This document shows, piece after piece, positions 11,456-23,825 of a stretch of DNA of 64,000 nucleotides (positions are counted from its first letter, which is position 1; every line of letters begins with the position of its first letter). The notes beneath the pieces are model-generated. The model had not been told where the DNA came from. It was given only the letters and a program-made list of their open reading frames with translations, and searched no databases. Origin of the DNA: Oopsacas minuta (taxonomy: Eukaryota; Animalia; Porifera); assembly GCA_024704765.1 (NCBI GenBank), contig JAKMXF010000338.1, positions 62,001 through 126,000 of the forward strand, in the 5' to 3' direction. The position numbers and the translations under genes are program-made.

Positions 11456-13480
11456 TCTAATAGAATTGAGCAAGTTACTAAACCCTGAAACTGTTGCACT
11501 AAATGAGAATAATTTTGATCACCTAAATGGCCATGTTAAAGTGGAAGTCAAAGTTTCAGTGTTTGACGGAAAAACCTTAGCAACAATGACGGGTAAAGGA
11601 GGAGCGCCATGTATTGCCTACAAAGCAACCCGGAGCGATATCAATAGTATTACGAAAGTGGTTTCCGGGTTTCCTTCAGATTGTTCGATAGAGGATATCA
11701 GAGAGACAATCCGTGAGTTAACCTCTGGTGGAAAAGAGCTGATGAGCTACAATACAAATTAACGGTGTGGGATTACGCACGGACCTGCAAGTGACATCGA
11801 TGTATTTCCTGCAGCACCTTTACATTCTTACGTAAGAATTTTAGATTGGTTTTTAAACCTCATTTACTGAATTGCAGCAGGAAAGTCCAAGTGGACTGAA
11901 GATCAAATGGTGCGAGATTATCGAGGTTTAGTATGCAAGCATATCCATGACCTTACGAACTTATTATTCGACCAAGCAGGAGGAAGTGGGAACACAAGCA
12001 CTGATAACATGGCAAGAACATTTTGTTCATATACAAACCCGTGTTTTAGGATCGCTTTATCATTGATAACAAATGTTTATAGAGATGCTTTGACAGAGAT
12101 TGACAAGAATCTATCTGCATTACTCAGAGTTGCTAATAGTAATGAAGTTGTCGCTGTAGACAGATTTCGTGTGTTAAGTCAAGAAACCTACGTACTAACC
12201 TTACAAACCTTCCCTAGGCATCTATTAGAAATACACTCCACCAATTCTTAGCTCATGCCCATCAGTTTATTGAGAGAAATGACAGGGTAGGATTGTGTAG
12301 TCTTTCTGAACAAGGGTTAGAACAAGGACATAAGTTGGTCCGAGAGTTCTCAACACATTTGAGCAGGAAATCAGATTTCCTAAGTGGGTTAAGTGATGTT
12401 GCAATGAGGCTCTACATCTACAGTCAAGGGACAAAAGTATTCGACCACACAAATAAATTGTCATAAATTGTATACTCTTTCCCGCTCCTATATATTGTGT
12501 AGTCTATATTCGTAGCTGCTATCTAGTAATTTCCATAGAATAACGTATGTTTTTCAAGAATTTCAAAAAAATATTTTCGATTTACACTTTCTGAAGGTGT
12601 TGATTATGAATAATTATTAGATAATTATTGATAATCAAATATGTGGTAATTTAAAGCCTATGAAGAATCTATAATTTCTGACTTGATATTTGAATTCTAC
12701 ATAGGCGAGTTACCCCAGATTGAAATTTCCAATCGAATTGAACAACTTTTACCAAAGTTATAGAAGAATTCCAATTTGTCCCACTTGTGCCACCTTTTGC
12801 CCAAGGTGGCACAAGTGGCCGCTACCAAGAAGTTATTTTGTAATTCAAGGGTTAGCATAGTCATATCATTCGAAAATAGTACTTTGACTTATTCCTCCTA
12901 ACCCTAGTTGATTTCCTTGTAGTGGCGCTTTTTCCTGCCACCTGTGCCACTTTTTCAAAAAGTGGCACAAGTGGGACAAATTGGAATTCTTCTATAACTT
13001 TGGTAAAAGTTGTTCAATTCGATTGGAAATTTCAATCTGGGGTAACTCGCCTATGTAGAATTCAAATATCAAGTCAGAAATTATAGATTCTTCATAGGCT
13101 TTAAATTACCACATATTTGATTATCAATAATTATCTAATAATTATTCATAATCAACACCTTCAGAAAGTGTAAATCGAAAATATTTTTTTGAAATTCTTG
13201 AAAAACATACGTTATTCTATGGAAATTACTAGATAGCAGCTACGAATATAGACTACACAATATATAGGAGCGGGAAAGAGTATACAATTTATGACAATTT
13301 ATTTGTGTGGTCGAATACTTTTGTCCCTTGACTGTATGGTTGGCCAATTCTGAATGAAAAGTTCAGAAGGATCATCATTTTTTCCACCTGTGGTCAAGTA
13401 GGCCATCAAAAGAATTGTGTACAAAGCAGGTAAGGTGAAAACGTTACAAATAATATTGATAGTGAAAATTCTCTCCTTCA
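11456..13480 (+). pseudogene. Second Transib/RAG1-like transposase fragment (catalytic core to C-terminus), interrupted by a MITE at 12421-13334
   Basis: VFDGKT...GGAPCIAY (11466-11762), PAAPLHSYVRILDWF, AGGSGNTSTDNMARTF (11907-12251), HQFLAH...LSEQGLEQGHKLVREF (about 12240-12350); TCGQVGHQKNC after the MITE; clearly homologous to 36659-37441. Confidence 0.8.
12421..13334. mobile_element. Foldback MITE (Tc1-type ends), 914 bp, 373-bp inverted arms
   Basis: Starts CAGTCAAGGGACAAAAGTATTCGACC; TA TSD both sides; arms 12421-12793 and 12962-13334 show no mismatch on inspection; 168-bp spacer. Confidence 0.95.
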
Positions 13481-13739
13481 AAATCCCATTGATCAACTAT
13501 TCCTGCATTTAACATTAATTCATCAATAAGATATTCATATGTTAGTTATTCTTCAGTCACCATAGCCATTATATATTTATATTCTATTTCTTCTAATAAA
13601 AACTCAGTTTAGTGAATATCTAGATTTCTGTATCACTGTATATGGTAATTACGAGTACGTCATATATTGAAAACCTGATGTGATACAACAAATTGAAATC
13701 GACTAAAAAACCGCAATAGTCGACTAATTATTCAGTAAT

Positions 13740-14602
13740 AATGTATTTTATAAGCCTATCTCTAAAATTGAACGCGTAAAACCATAATACTAGTAATTCG
13801 GAATAATAGCCTACTGTGCGTAGGTATGAAGAATGTCTGATTCTGAGAAAAAGGTCCACTGGTGGCACGCACCAGAGTATTGTCTTCTCCGATGGGAAGA
13901 TTTTTACCGTAGAAATGGCATAAAGTCGCCAAAACAGTCGAATTCTTGCTCCAGATCAAAGGTCTATATCATCATCAATACGCACAATCAAAAGAACTCA
14001 GAAACTTGCATCGGTCATGGTTTGCGGAGCTATTACCCCTGATGGTCGGACACCTCTGGTGTTCATTGACAAAGGGGTGAAAATTAACGAAGAGGTTTGT
14101 GCAGAGAGCATTTTAGAGAATGCATTGAAGCCTTGGGCTGGTGAGCACTTCAATGGCACGAATTGGGTGTTCCAGCAAGATTCCGTTCCCTCCCACAAAG
14201 CCAAAATGATATCTGAGTGGTAGAAACTCCCTGTACCGGAATTTATATCAACTGAAGAATGGTCGGCCTCTTCCCCACATCCAAACCCTATGGATTTCTA
14301 TATATGGTCCATCTTAGAGTCCAGGGTATGTGCAAAGCCTCACAAGAATGTCGAAAGTCTGAAGTTTTCCTTGAGAAGAGAGTGGGATTTAATCAGTGAG
14401 GGCGTGTTGCGTGCTCCTGTCGATAATTTCTATAAGCGATTGAGCCTATGTATCGCATCAAAGGGCAATGCATTCGAAGAGCAAGATTAATTTCGTATCC
14501 TTAGTATGTATATTCACTAATCCATTACGAATTTCAACTACTATTATTGTAAAATAAGAAATATACTAGTTTATACTTGTTGCAGAACTTATTCCAACCC
14601 TG
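13740..14602 (+). mobile_element. maT (DD37D) element, 5' truncated
   Basis: VMVCGAITPDGRTPLVF, FQQDSVPSH...SSPHPNPMDFYIWSILE (37 spacing); right TIR ...GCAGAACTTATTCCAACCCTG followed by TA. Confidence 0.85.
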
Positions 14603-14603
14603 T

Positions 14604-14708
14604 AGAATTGCATGGTGATTGTATAGGCCAATAAAATCCATAGTGTGTGTATGCTATGTAGTATATAATTTACGTTTCTCGAGGTGCCAAGACTTTTGAA
14701 TCACCCTG
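14604..14708. mobile_element. Solo terminal fragment of the DD37E family at 61295
   Basis: Reverse complement matches 61295-61400 (CAGGGTG...CAAAAGTCTTGGCACCTCGAG...); followed by TA. Confidence 0.75.
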
Positions 14709-15058
14709 TATGGTTGTTTGGGTATTGGAATAACTAATAACCAGCAGAATATAGAATTTACAGAAAAAATTCTAAACGTATGAAAAAGATATTTTTCGAA
14801 TTTTTGTTCGTCCGGATAATGAATGACATGATGTTTTTGGGTAGCTATTGGCCAGCCTGGAAATAGATTAAATAGTTGACTAAATATAGTAACTAACGTA
14901 TATATTGATAACTTTTTCAAAATTTGTCAAACAATAGATGATGCACTTCAAACAATGAGAAAAATTCCAAATTATAACTTTTGTAAGGGGCAAACTAGAC
15001 ACCCAGAAAAGTACAAATGAATCTCTAGACTAACCTATCACTAATGAAATTGTTGTTA

Positions 15059-18000
15059 CATTGTGTTCGGAAATTATTGGGACTGATGATAAATTTATTA
15101 TACTATGAATTCATGGCTCGTAGAGATTTCTCGTTTTAACACTAAGTTAAAATACATATAGTTGAAGAAATACCAGCATTATTATCACATTCTATCAATT
15201 ATTAATTTTTTTCCCAGCATTGTCTAAACACAATCTAATTCTTTTGGGCATTGAGGTGCAAAAGGGACGAGAAAATCTGGATCAAATGTTGCCCATATGT
15301 CCTGAATTGCCTGTTTAGTTGGCTTACAGTTTTAGGATGAAGTACAATCAACCTCCTTTTCAAAACTGCCCACAGATTCTCAATGGGCGTTAGGTCTGGA
15401 AGTGACCTACGTTATAATAAGGCCTGTTCACTAGTGCGATTTTTGGACCATGGATGTCGTTTAACTCCATTAAATTTTACTTCAAATAATCATGTATTTG
15501 ATGTTATTCACCCAAATCGTGAACTTAAAAATTGTTCTTAAGCGACTTTGAAGACCATGGATGCATTTAAGTCCTTATTTTTACAATAAATGTTATAGCT
15601 AGAGAAAATTAACTAAAATGTGAATCCATGAGATAAAATATTATTGGGTTTAATACTAAGCATATTTCAAATAGTGAGTGCCTGATAATAGTACAAAATA
15701 ATAAAAGATACGTATATTAAAGTGGTATGTGATAAGTTAATTAGCCTTCAATTTCTTTAATTTTCGAGTATTTTCGACACACGGTTTCAAGGGTAGCTGG
15801 GAATTCATGTTCTTAATCTTATTTGATATAAGACAGTTTGAAGTAGCAGTCAATAGTTTAGCTAATACATCCCACATGAGTGTACCACATTCGTCACACA
15901 TCACTCTCCATACTTCAGCTTGTTCATCTTCTATAAGACTTGTTGTTAACTGTATCAGGATACTTCTAGAAGGACCGGTTATAAAGTTATTGAATATGCT
16001 TGGTTGACTCTCGATAGAAGAGAATACTTTCCATAGCGTAATAATTGCGTCTATGACATCACTACTTGGCCATTTTAGTGAGCCTCGGTCAATTATTTGA
16101 ATTAATCGATATTCAGAACCTGAAGGTTCTTCAATTTCCATTTCTTTGTTTTTAGTGAGGAATAAGAGACATGATTGACATTTAGTAGAATGTTTGTAAT
16201 AGGCATACACTGAGTAGCCTGCTATAAAGGAGAGTGATTGGAGTATTTGCTTGTTTAATTCTATCCCTGAATATCCCTGAATCGCCGAGAGATACATCTC
16301 CAAGCTGAAAGACGCATGGGAGTCTTGGCCACAAGAGGATGAGCACGATTCTAAGAAGTTCTTAAGTGATATGCTATCTTCTACAGGCTTTTTCGAAAAT
16401 AATTTGAGTATGCTGGACAACTTTATTCTCCGTTCTGTTTCAAGGACCTGGCAATAGCTAATGTGGCATTGTGCTCCTGACATCATCCTATACAAGTCAA
16501 AATGATGCTCAAGTGGGTCATTTTGCAAGAACGAAGAAAGGACGTACGAATAGCCACAATTTCCAGTCAGATGGTTTACAATGCACGGGAGTGCAATACA
16601 AGAGTGACGGAAACTTGTAAAGGTTTGAGGACTTAATTTACCTCTTTTGTCAGGCATGACTCGCCAACATTCAGCCCAATCAACTACACATTGAAGGAAC
16701 ATAAATCTGGTATCATTGTAGGTAAGTGGAACTGAAAATTCATCTTTGTGAAGGATACCCTTGTTCGGAGTATTGATGTTGAATAGCTTCCTAACATTAC
16801 AAATAATGGTAATAAAGTCTGTAGTCTGTGAATTTGTAGAAGTGTGGTATCGCGATTGGTAGCTAACGTTTAATGCAGCGGCTGTAGATTCATCAAATAT
16901 CCTTAAAGCTAAAGAAACATTTTGTCGTTCTAAAGTGGAAGGCCAACAAGCTTTAGAGTTTAATCTTGGAGCTAATTTAGCAACAGAGTGTTGGTCACTT
17001 TTATATAATTTGCGAATTTCTTCGAAAACTGCAGTGCTCGCAACTTGTATGTTCTCAAAATCTGGATAAGTGAATGTTTATTATAATCTATTTGGTTTAG
17101 CCAGTTATTACGTATCGATTTGATTATATGAACAAAGTCAAAAAGCAAAAACAATGGCCGGTTTGAGTCCATAGGGTGAGGAACAATATGCTCTAGAAGT
17201 CGGCTGGGAGAAAATAACTTGAAAATGTTAACGTTCATCGGGTAATTATCAGTACATAAAACGTGTACAGAGAGTCCACATGCTTCAACATCACGAATAA
17301 CATCTTTGATGATAGGAAAGAGTACCTCAGCAGATGAGCTGGAACAGGGCAGTAAACGGACAATACTGGACCATCGTTTGGACAAACTTGATATCATGAA
17401 GGCAAAAACGGTTTTTGCAGGATCAGTAGGATTCAAAGAAGATCCAATTATCTTACCTCCTTTGTATGTAAATGTGGATTTTACATGAATTTCATCCATC
17501 TGAATCACTACATTCGTTCCCATTTGTTAAACTGAGTGACTGATTGTTTGAGATAGTTGGTGAACTCAGAATCCAAACCAAAATTAGAATATAAGCGCTT
17601 TAGAGTAGAAAGGTGCGGCAATGGTAGACAGTCCAGGGATTGAAGATATCTATAACAAACTGGCGAGATAAGCTGGCATTTGAGGGACAAGACAAGAGTT
17701 TGATGTTGTATCGCCTCATAGTTTTCGCGATCAAAGCGTTATCCAATTGGCATAGAATAAACTGAAGACTTGATAATAGAGGCTGTTGGTTTCCAGATTC
17801 TTCTCCAGTTGAAAGGGAGTCTATAGCTTTACGAATGCTTCCGGTTGCCTCTCTGACATGGCGTTGGAATGTTTCAGGAGAATTAGTAGGGGCAGAATGG
17901 TTTTCAATTTCTTTAAGCAAATCGTTAAGTTGACGAATATCATTTATCTGAGTGAGAGAAAGAGGAATGCGTATACCTTCGTAGAAACCCATAGTATGTA

Positions 18001-20052
18001 ATGTTTCGGTAATAGTTAACGAGCATCTAATTGCAATCAAACTGTTATTCGTTATAGAACGTTTGAGTAAATTAAAGGAATTATCATCAGAAGACCAAAC
18101 TAACCAATGATTAGGCAAACCCGAGTGCTTCGTTTTGGATACCAAGTTTTCCAGTGTGGTAATCTGAAAAAGTTCTTTGTCTTGGTTATACTGTAATAGA
18201 CTCTCATTTATTGCAGTATCAATCAAATGCTGTTCTCTCAAATATCTATCAAATCTTGGAGGTATGGTGTCAGATGACGAAGAGAAATGAAGTGGACATC
18301 CAGGTAGAAATCTTGGCACTGCATCCTTCTGCAATTTAGGCTTAGCTGGTACTTCTAAGTATGTTCCATCTAGTTGATGGATAGAAAAACTGGTCTGAAT
18401 TTCTTCGTCGAGGAAATGTTTTGAGCACACAAACACATTCTTTAAGTCTCTGATACCTTCTCTACAGAGCGCTCGATGCCAACGATTGACAAGATCAGGT
18501 GGACCATTTGGCAACTTAAAGGCTGGAGTATAAGGTTCTCCTGCGTAATTACTCCGACATCCGGGGGCAGAACACCTGTTGGGCATGACAAGCTAATTGA
18601 AACTATAAAAAGGAGAAATCGAGAGGTAGATTAAAGAAATGCACATAACTGATAGAACAGGGTGGAGAGCGGCATTACAGAGATAAAAGCTAAGTTGTCT
18701 AAACAACTTAGGATAAAAGTACAAGAGGACAAGGTACAACGGGTAGTGAGTACGTAAATGTATTGTTTCAATAAATTGAATGTAACAAAAAGGTTGATTC
18801 ATAAATTAATATAAATATTATGGGTTTCTAAGAAATACTTTTTACAAGCCTTCAACGAGATCCATGGTCTTTAAAATCGCCTAAGAACAATTTTTAAGTT
18901 CACGATTTGGGTGAGTAACATCAAATACATGATTATTTGAAGTAAAATTTAATGGACTTAAACGACATCCATGGTCCAAAAAATCGCACTAGTGAACAGG
19001 CCTTATTATAACGTAGGTCACGGTCTGGATTATTTGGCGGTCAATCAATTCTAAGCGGGACGAACTCCGTCTTCCACCCCTTAGCTGCTCTGCCAGTGTG
19101 TACAGGACCGTTATCCTCCTGTAAAACCCAGCTATCTCCGTATTTTGCGTTAGCCTCCTCAATAAGACACTCGCGAAGTGTGGAAATATACACCACCTGA
19201 TCGAAATGTTCTGTGAATATCCTCAGATGTGTAGTCCCAATTATCGAAATTCCATTCCAAAGATGAACTTTAGATGGATGCCTGAAGGTTGGCAGATGAA
19301 CCGTTTGTCCCTTTTTAATCCACAAGTTGACTCTTGCAGAGTCAAGCAAAACTGAACATTCATCAGTAAGAAGGTCTTACTCCAATCAAAACACTTCATT
19401 TCTTTACACCAGGCGATTCTTTTGGAAAGATGGAGGTCGGTGAGTGCTGGAACTCTGAGAGCCCGCTTGCTGACAAAGTTTTGCCTCTTTACCTGAGCAT
19501 AAAGAGTACTTATGGATACAGGAGAGCTCAATCTCGGTAGTATAGAGCGTAGAGGGTCCTCGGATTGCTTTGATACAAAGTAGCTATCCTTCTTTTGTCA
19601 TTTGCCTTGATTTTTGAAGGCCGACCAGCACCCTTTTTGTACTGAAGGCTTTTTTATCTTTTATCAGATTCAAGACACGATATACAGTCTGCTTAGGTAT
19701 TCTTGTTCACTGGCAGATATCCACTCCTTTGGTGATTCCTGCATTCTATAGTTTCTCTATTTGATTTCAACACTGTTGTTGGGTAGAGTGCATGTACATT
19801 GTACAAAATATGCAGTCTTAATGACGGAAATGGGGTCTCGAAATATATATAGGTATATTTGCTTGGGAATCACAATATTTCAACCAACAAACGAAATATT
19901 ATGTGAAATATCGAATCTATTGGTTTTCTAGCAATTATAGGAAGTGCATATATACAGTAAGGTAAATGGTTGTATAATATGCGCATTACCTGATATACTT
20001 CATGGTGATTAAAGTTAATCATGAAAAGTCCCAATAATTTCCGAACATACTG
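15059..20052 (-). mobile_element. Tc1 DD34E element split by a P-type insertion
   Basis: TIRs CA(T/G)T(G/A)TGTTCGGAAATTATTGGGACT with TA each side; ORFs 19241-19531 and 19041-19349 (LQEDNGPVH); joins PDLTPIENLWAVLK left of 15400 across the insertion. Confidence 0.9.
15401..19022 (-). mobile_element. P-superfamily (THAP) transposon with about 160-bp TIRs, pseudogenised
   Basis: Inverted repeats 15402-15563 / 18860-19021 starting GTGACCTACGTTATAATAAGGCC; TSD (G)GTCTGGA, 7-8 bp; THAP domain MPNRCSAPGC...W...VCSKHF...LQKDAVP (17600-18586); IQMDEIHVK, LCTDNYP, LFDFVHIIKSIRNNW (16972-17523); LQNDPLEHHF (15737-16702). Confidence 0.95.
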
Positions 20053-20193
20053 TACAATATATTTTTAGTATCAGAAGATGTTTTTCACTCTGATACTCTA
20101 AGTGGACAAAGTATTTGAATTTTTGTGTTTAATTATGCAAATATGGCGAACGATAGAAAAATTGAGCCCGTTGTGATCAATCATAAATTTATA

Positions 20194-21497
20194 CAAGGTG
20201 GTTCATAAGTTCTGTCACATTTTTTCGAGTGCGTAAATTTTCATTTCTGATGCTACAACAATAGTATTATCATATGAATATAATTACCAGATATTCAATA
20301 ATAGTACTTCATAAGTGGTTTCCTAATATATTTCATTTCAGTGTTGAATAGCTTATGGAAATCGATAGGTGTGCTGTGATTAAATTCTTTCAGGCGAAAC
20401 ATAAAAGGAAATTTTAAAATGCTCAAAAAGGCCAGGGGAAGAAGGAAGTTATTACTATGGCCATAAGAGATATTCGGAGACTGGGAAAGTTGAAGATAGG
20501 GCGAGGACAGGTGGTCCGTGTTCTGTTGTGACACCAAAGGTGCGAAAGGCGGTGCGAGAACAAATTCGGAGAAACCCAGACGATCAATGCGTATATGGCA
20601 TCAGTCCTCACCATATCCCATAGATCTGTCCAAAGAATCGTTAAAAATCAATTAGGAATCAGATCACTCATAAGGAAGACAGTGCACTTCCTTTTAAGTA
20701 AGATCATAGGAAAAGAGACCCGTTAGGAGCAAGGGTCTGCTAAAGCGGCACGCTGTTTGCGAGATAAACAACATTCACTTTCTGACGAGAAATTATTTAC
20801 GATAAAGGACGCTAAGAATGCTCAAAATGACAAAATAATAGCACCTAGTGCTCAAGCAATCCCAGATGAGCTGCATTTCATCGGGCGAGTTCAAAAACCA
20901 CAATCTGTCATGGTTTGGGCTGGAATATCGGTAATTGGTCGGAAATTCGTGATATTTGTCCCACCAGGGGTTAAAATTAATTCAATTTCAGATCGCGAGC
21001 TGATATTAGAACCAGTCCTGAAAGACCTAAACGAGTCCATGTTTTCTGGAGAGTCATTTCTGTTTCAAAAGGACGGTGCGCCTGCCTACACCCCCAAAGT
21101 CACTCAGGATGGCTAAAAGAGAATATTCCCGATTTTATCCCCAAAGGCGAATGGCCCCGCATACAGCCCCGATTTGAATCCAATAGATTACTCTATCTAG
21201 TTGATTTTGGAGGAAAAGGCTTGTGTTAAGGCCAACAACAATGTAGAATCTCTTAAGATGTCGTTGAGCAGAGAATGGGCTAAAATTCCTCAAAAAACAC
21301 TGCATGCTGCGGTTGAGGCCTTTCCTGGCAGATTAAAGGCTATAATTGGGAAGAGGGGAGGGTACATAGAATAGTGGTTATTTCTAGTATATTATTAGCA
21401 TATAGTGTTAGTCTAATTAGAACATCAAGCATGAATAGTATATTATGAATATATAAATGGGTCAACATAAATGTCACAGAACTTATGAACCATCCTG
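20194..21497 (+). mobile_element. maT (DD37D) element, full length, pseudogenised
   Basis: TIRs CA(A/G)G(G/A)TGGTTCATAAGTTCTGT(C/G)ACATTT; TA TSD; SDEKLF, VMVWAGIS, FQKDGAPAY...YSPDLNPIDY. Confidence 0.92.
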
Positions 21498-21573
21498 TAG
21501 CCAATAGGTTATCTATTATTCTATTCTGATGTGTTTTCGTACTTATTTGTTATTATTATAGATTTTCTAGAAT

Positions 21574-22596
21574 TATGCCTAAACAAAAAGAGATTCCTCG
21601 TTTTCTTCGTGAACAAGCTATTGGGTTATTCAAAGGAGGTAGTAGTATCGCGAAAATTTCCCAGAAACTCCAAATAACCTGCTCGACTCTCCAATATATA
21701 ATACATAGATGGAAAGCTATGTAGACAACGAAAAATTCGCCACTACAAGGACGACCTAGACTCCTTGGTGCGCGAGGGAAAAGACAACCTTAGTCGATTG
21801 TGAAAAGAAACAGGACATCTATTCTAAGATGTTTAACTCGCTTATTCAATAAAGGCAAGCCTAAAAATGTCTCTGAAAAAACAACATCACGAAATCTCCA
21901 CGCGGCGGACTTCTGGGCTAGGAGGTCGTGTAAAAAGCCCTTGGTATCTACTGCAAACCAGAAAAAGAGGTTAGCTTTCTATAATAAATGTAATCTTGGA
22001 GACCTAATGATTGAAAATGTGATTGACTCCAGTGAATCTAAATTCAATTTAATTGGTACAGATGGTCGTAAAAGATTACGGCGGCAAAACACGAAAGGTA
22101 CTTACCTGAGTCCACACAAACCTGTTGTAGGGGAGGAGGTTCTGTAGTGCTTTGGGATCTATAACCTATGAGAAATTAGGGCCGCAAATTCAGGTAAATG
22201 GAAGGCTAACTTCATTGACTTATATATCTGACATTTTAGAGCTCTTCTTCCTTTTTGGATTGTTTTCAGAAGGAGAAAGAAAGAAGCGTACACATGCAAC
22301 ACGATTCACCAATCCACAAAGGCAAGTCAGTTATAGAATTGTTTGGGAAAAATAAAGTCGGAGAATTAGAGTGGCGCCACAATCCCAGACCTAAATCCTG
22401 TAGAAATATATGTGATACACTTCTAAGACGAGTTCGTGAAAGATTTATTCCCCCCAACAACCTGAAGGAGTTATTTCTTGCTCTAAAAGAAGAATGGGCT
22501 AGAATCCCGATGACAACAATAAATCACCTTTACGGACCACTCCCGAAGAGATTAGACGAATTGAAAAAACAGAAAGGAAAGTCCACAACATATTAA
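21574..22596 (+). pseudogene. Degenerate Tc1 transposase
   Basis: MPKQKEIPRFLREQAIGL (HTH), SSESKF, HMQHDSPIHK, NICDTLLRRVRE...LYGPLPKRLDELKKQKGKSTTY; TIRs not found. Confidence 0.8.
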
Positions 22597-23825
22597 CCAT
22601 TCGGCTTCATAGATTAGTTTTTAATGTGATCAAAACGGATTAATCTCTGTCCTTGATTGGAATAGTTTACATAATGGAATATTTTTACCACATCATACAC
22701 TGATCAATACTACATGGCTACTAGAAATTCAGAACAGCCAACACATTCTAATTGGGATCTGGAAAATGAGCAAACACTCAGGGGAGATATCTCACTTCCA
22801 ACTTACTCACACATGCAGGATCCATACCAATCGAGTGACGAGATCCTAAACGATAATGAGGGCGATGGTGATTTCTATTGCGTCCTACTATCACCACTAG
22901 CATTTACCAGCCAGACTATATCTACAAACTGACATACCCTTGACTAGCCCAGTTACTCAATTAGCCGATAGCTCGCTTCCACAGTTACAAATACAGAGTC
23001 CAGCATCTACTGAAGAAGCTAGACCTAGTAGACCACGACAGTTTATCTTCCCTCTTAAAGAACCTTTTACTAAGTGTACTAAAGGAAAGCGATCGTCTAG
23101 TCCTCCGATATCGATTCTTAGAGCACTATAGCCGATTAATTCACGCGAACAATACGATTGAATTGGATATTCAAACATGTGCAAAACTGGACTTTTTTAA
23201 GTCGGGAAAAATTATGCCAACATATGTTCTAAGGAGTGAGAAGTTTTTGGATACACATAAATGTTGAAATCACTTTGATATATTACGAAATACAAATGTT
23301 GTGATGTAAGTAGTCCGATGGTAATGACAGTCCATTGTCCAAAATTTCTATAGTGCTCCATTGCCTTAGTATGTAGAATGCTGTGGGTTATCAAACAGCG
23401 TTTAGTGCTTTTAGACGAAGTAGGAGAATCATAGTCTGGCGAACGTAGGGTGATATCCCTTTTTGAAATTATAATTCTCTGTTTCCTCGTCTGCTTCTTT
23501 TTTGGATTCCTGGGAGTGACAAATAAGACGTCAGAATAAGTTGGAGATGGATGCTGGAGAAGAAAGATTCAGTCTCCATAGCAAAACCACGTGTTATGGG
23601 TGTTCTGGGAATAGAAGAATTGGAAGGTATATCAGACTCATCATCTGAGGAATATCAGTCAGTAGTCTCCTGACTGAAGTGCAGGAGTAGGCAGAGGTGG
23701 TAACTCAGAAGCTCTAAAAACTGGAGACCTAGTTGAGTCAGCCTCAGAGCAACTGTTAAATGATCCTTCAGTTGGAGACATTTAAGCTAATATGAATATT
23801 TTGGTAAATAATGTAAATATGACTA

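Noticed and set aside
13620-13645. CACTGTA as the right end of the second Transib-like element
   Set aside because: One mismatch to the heptamer, no inner box, no partner end or TSD to test
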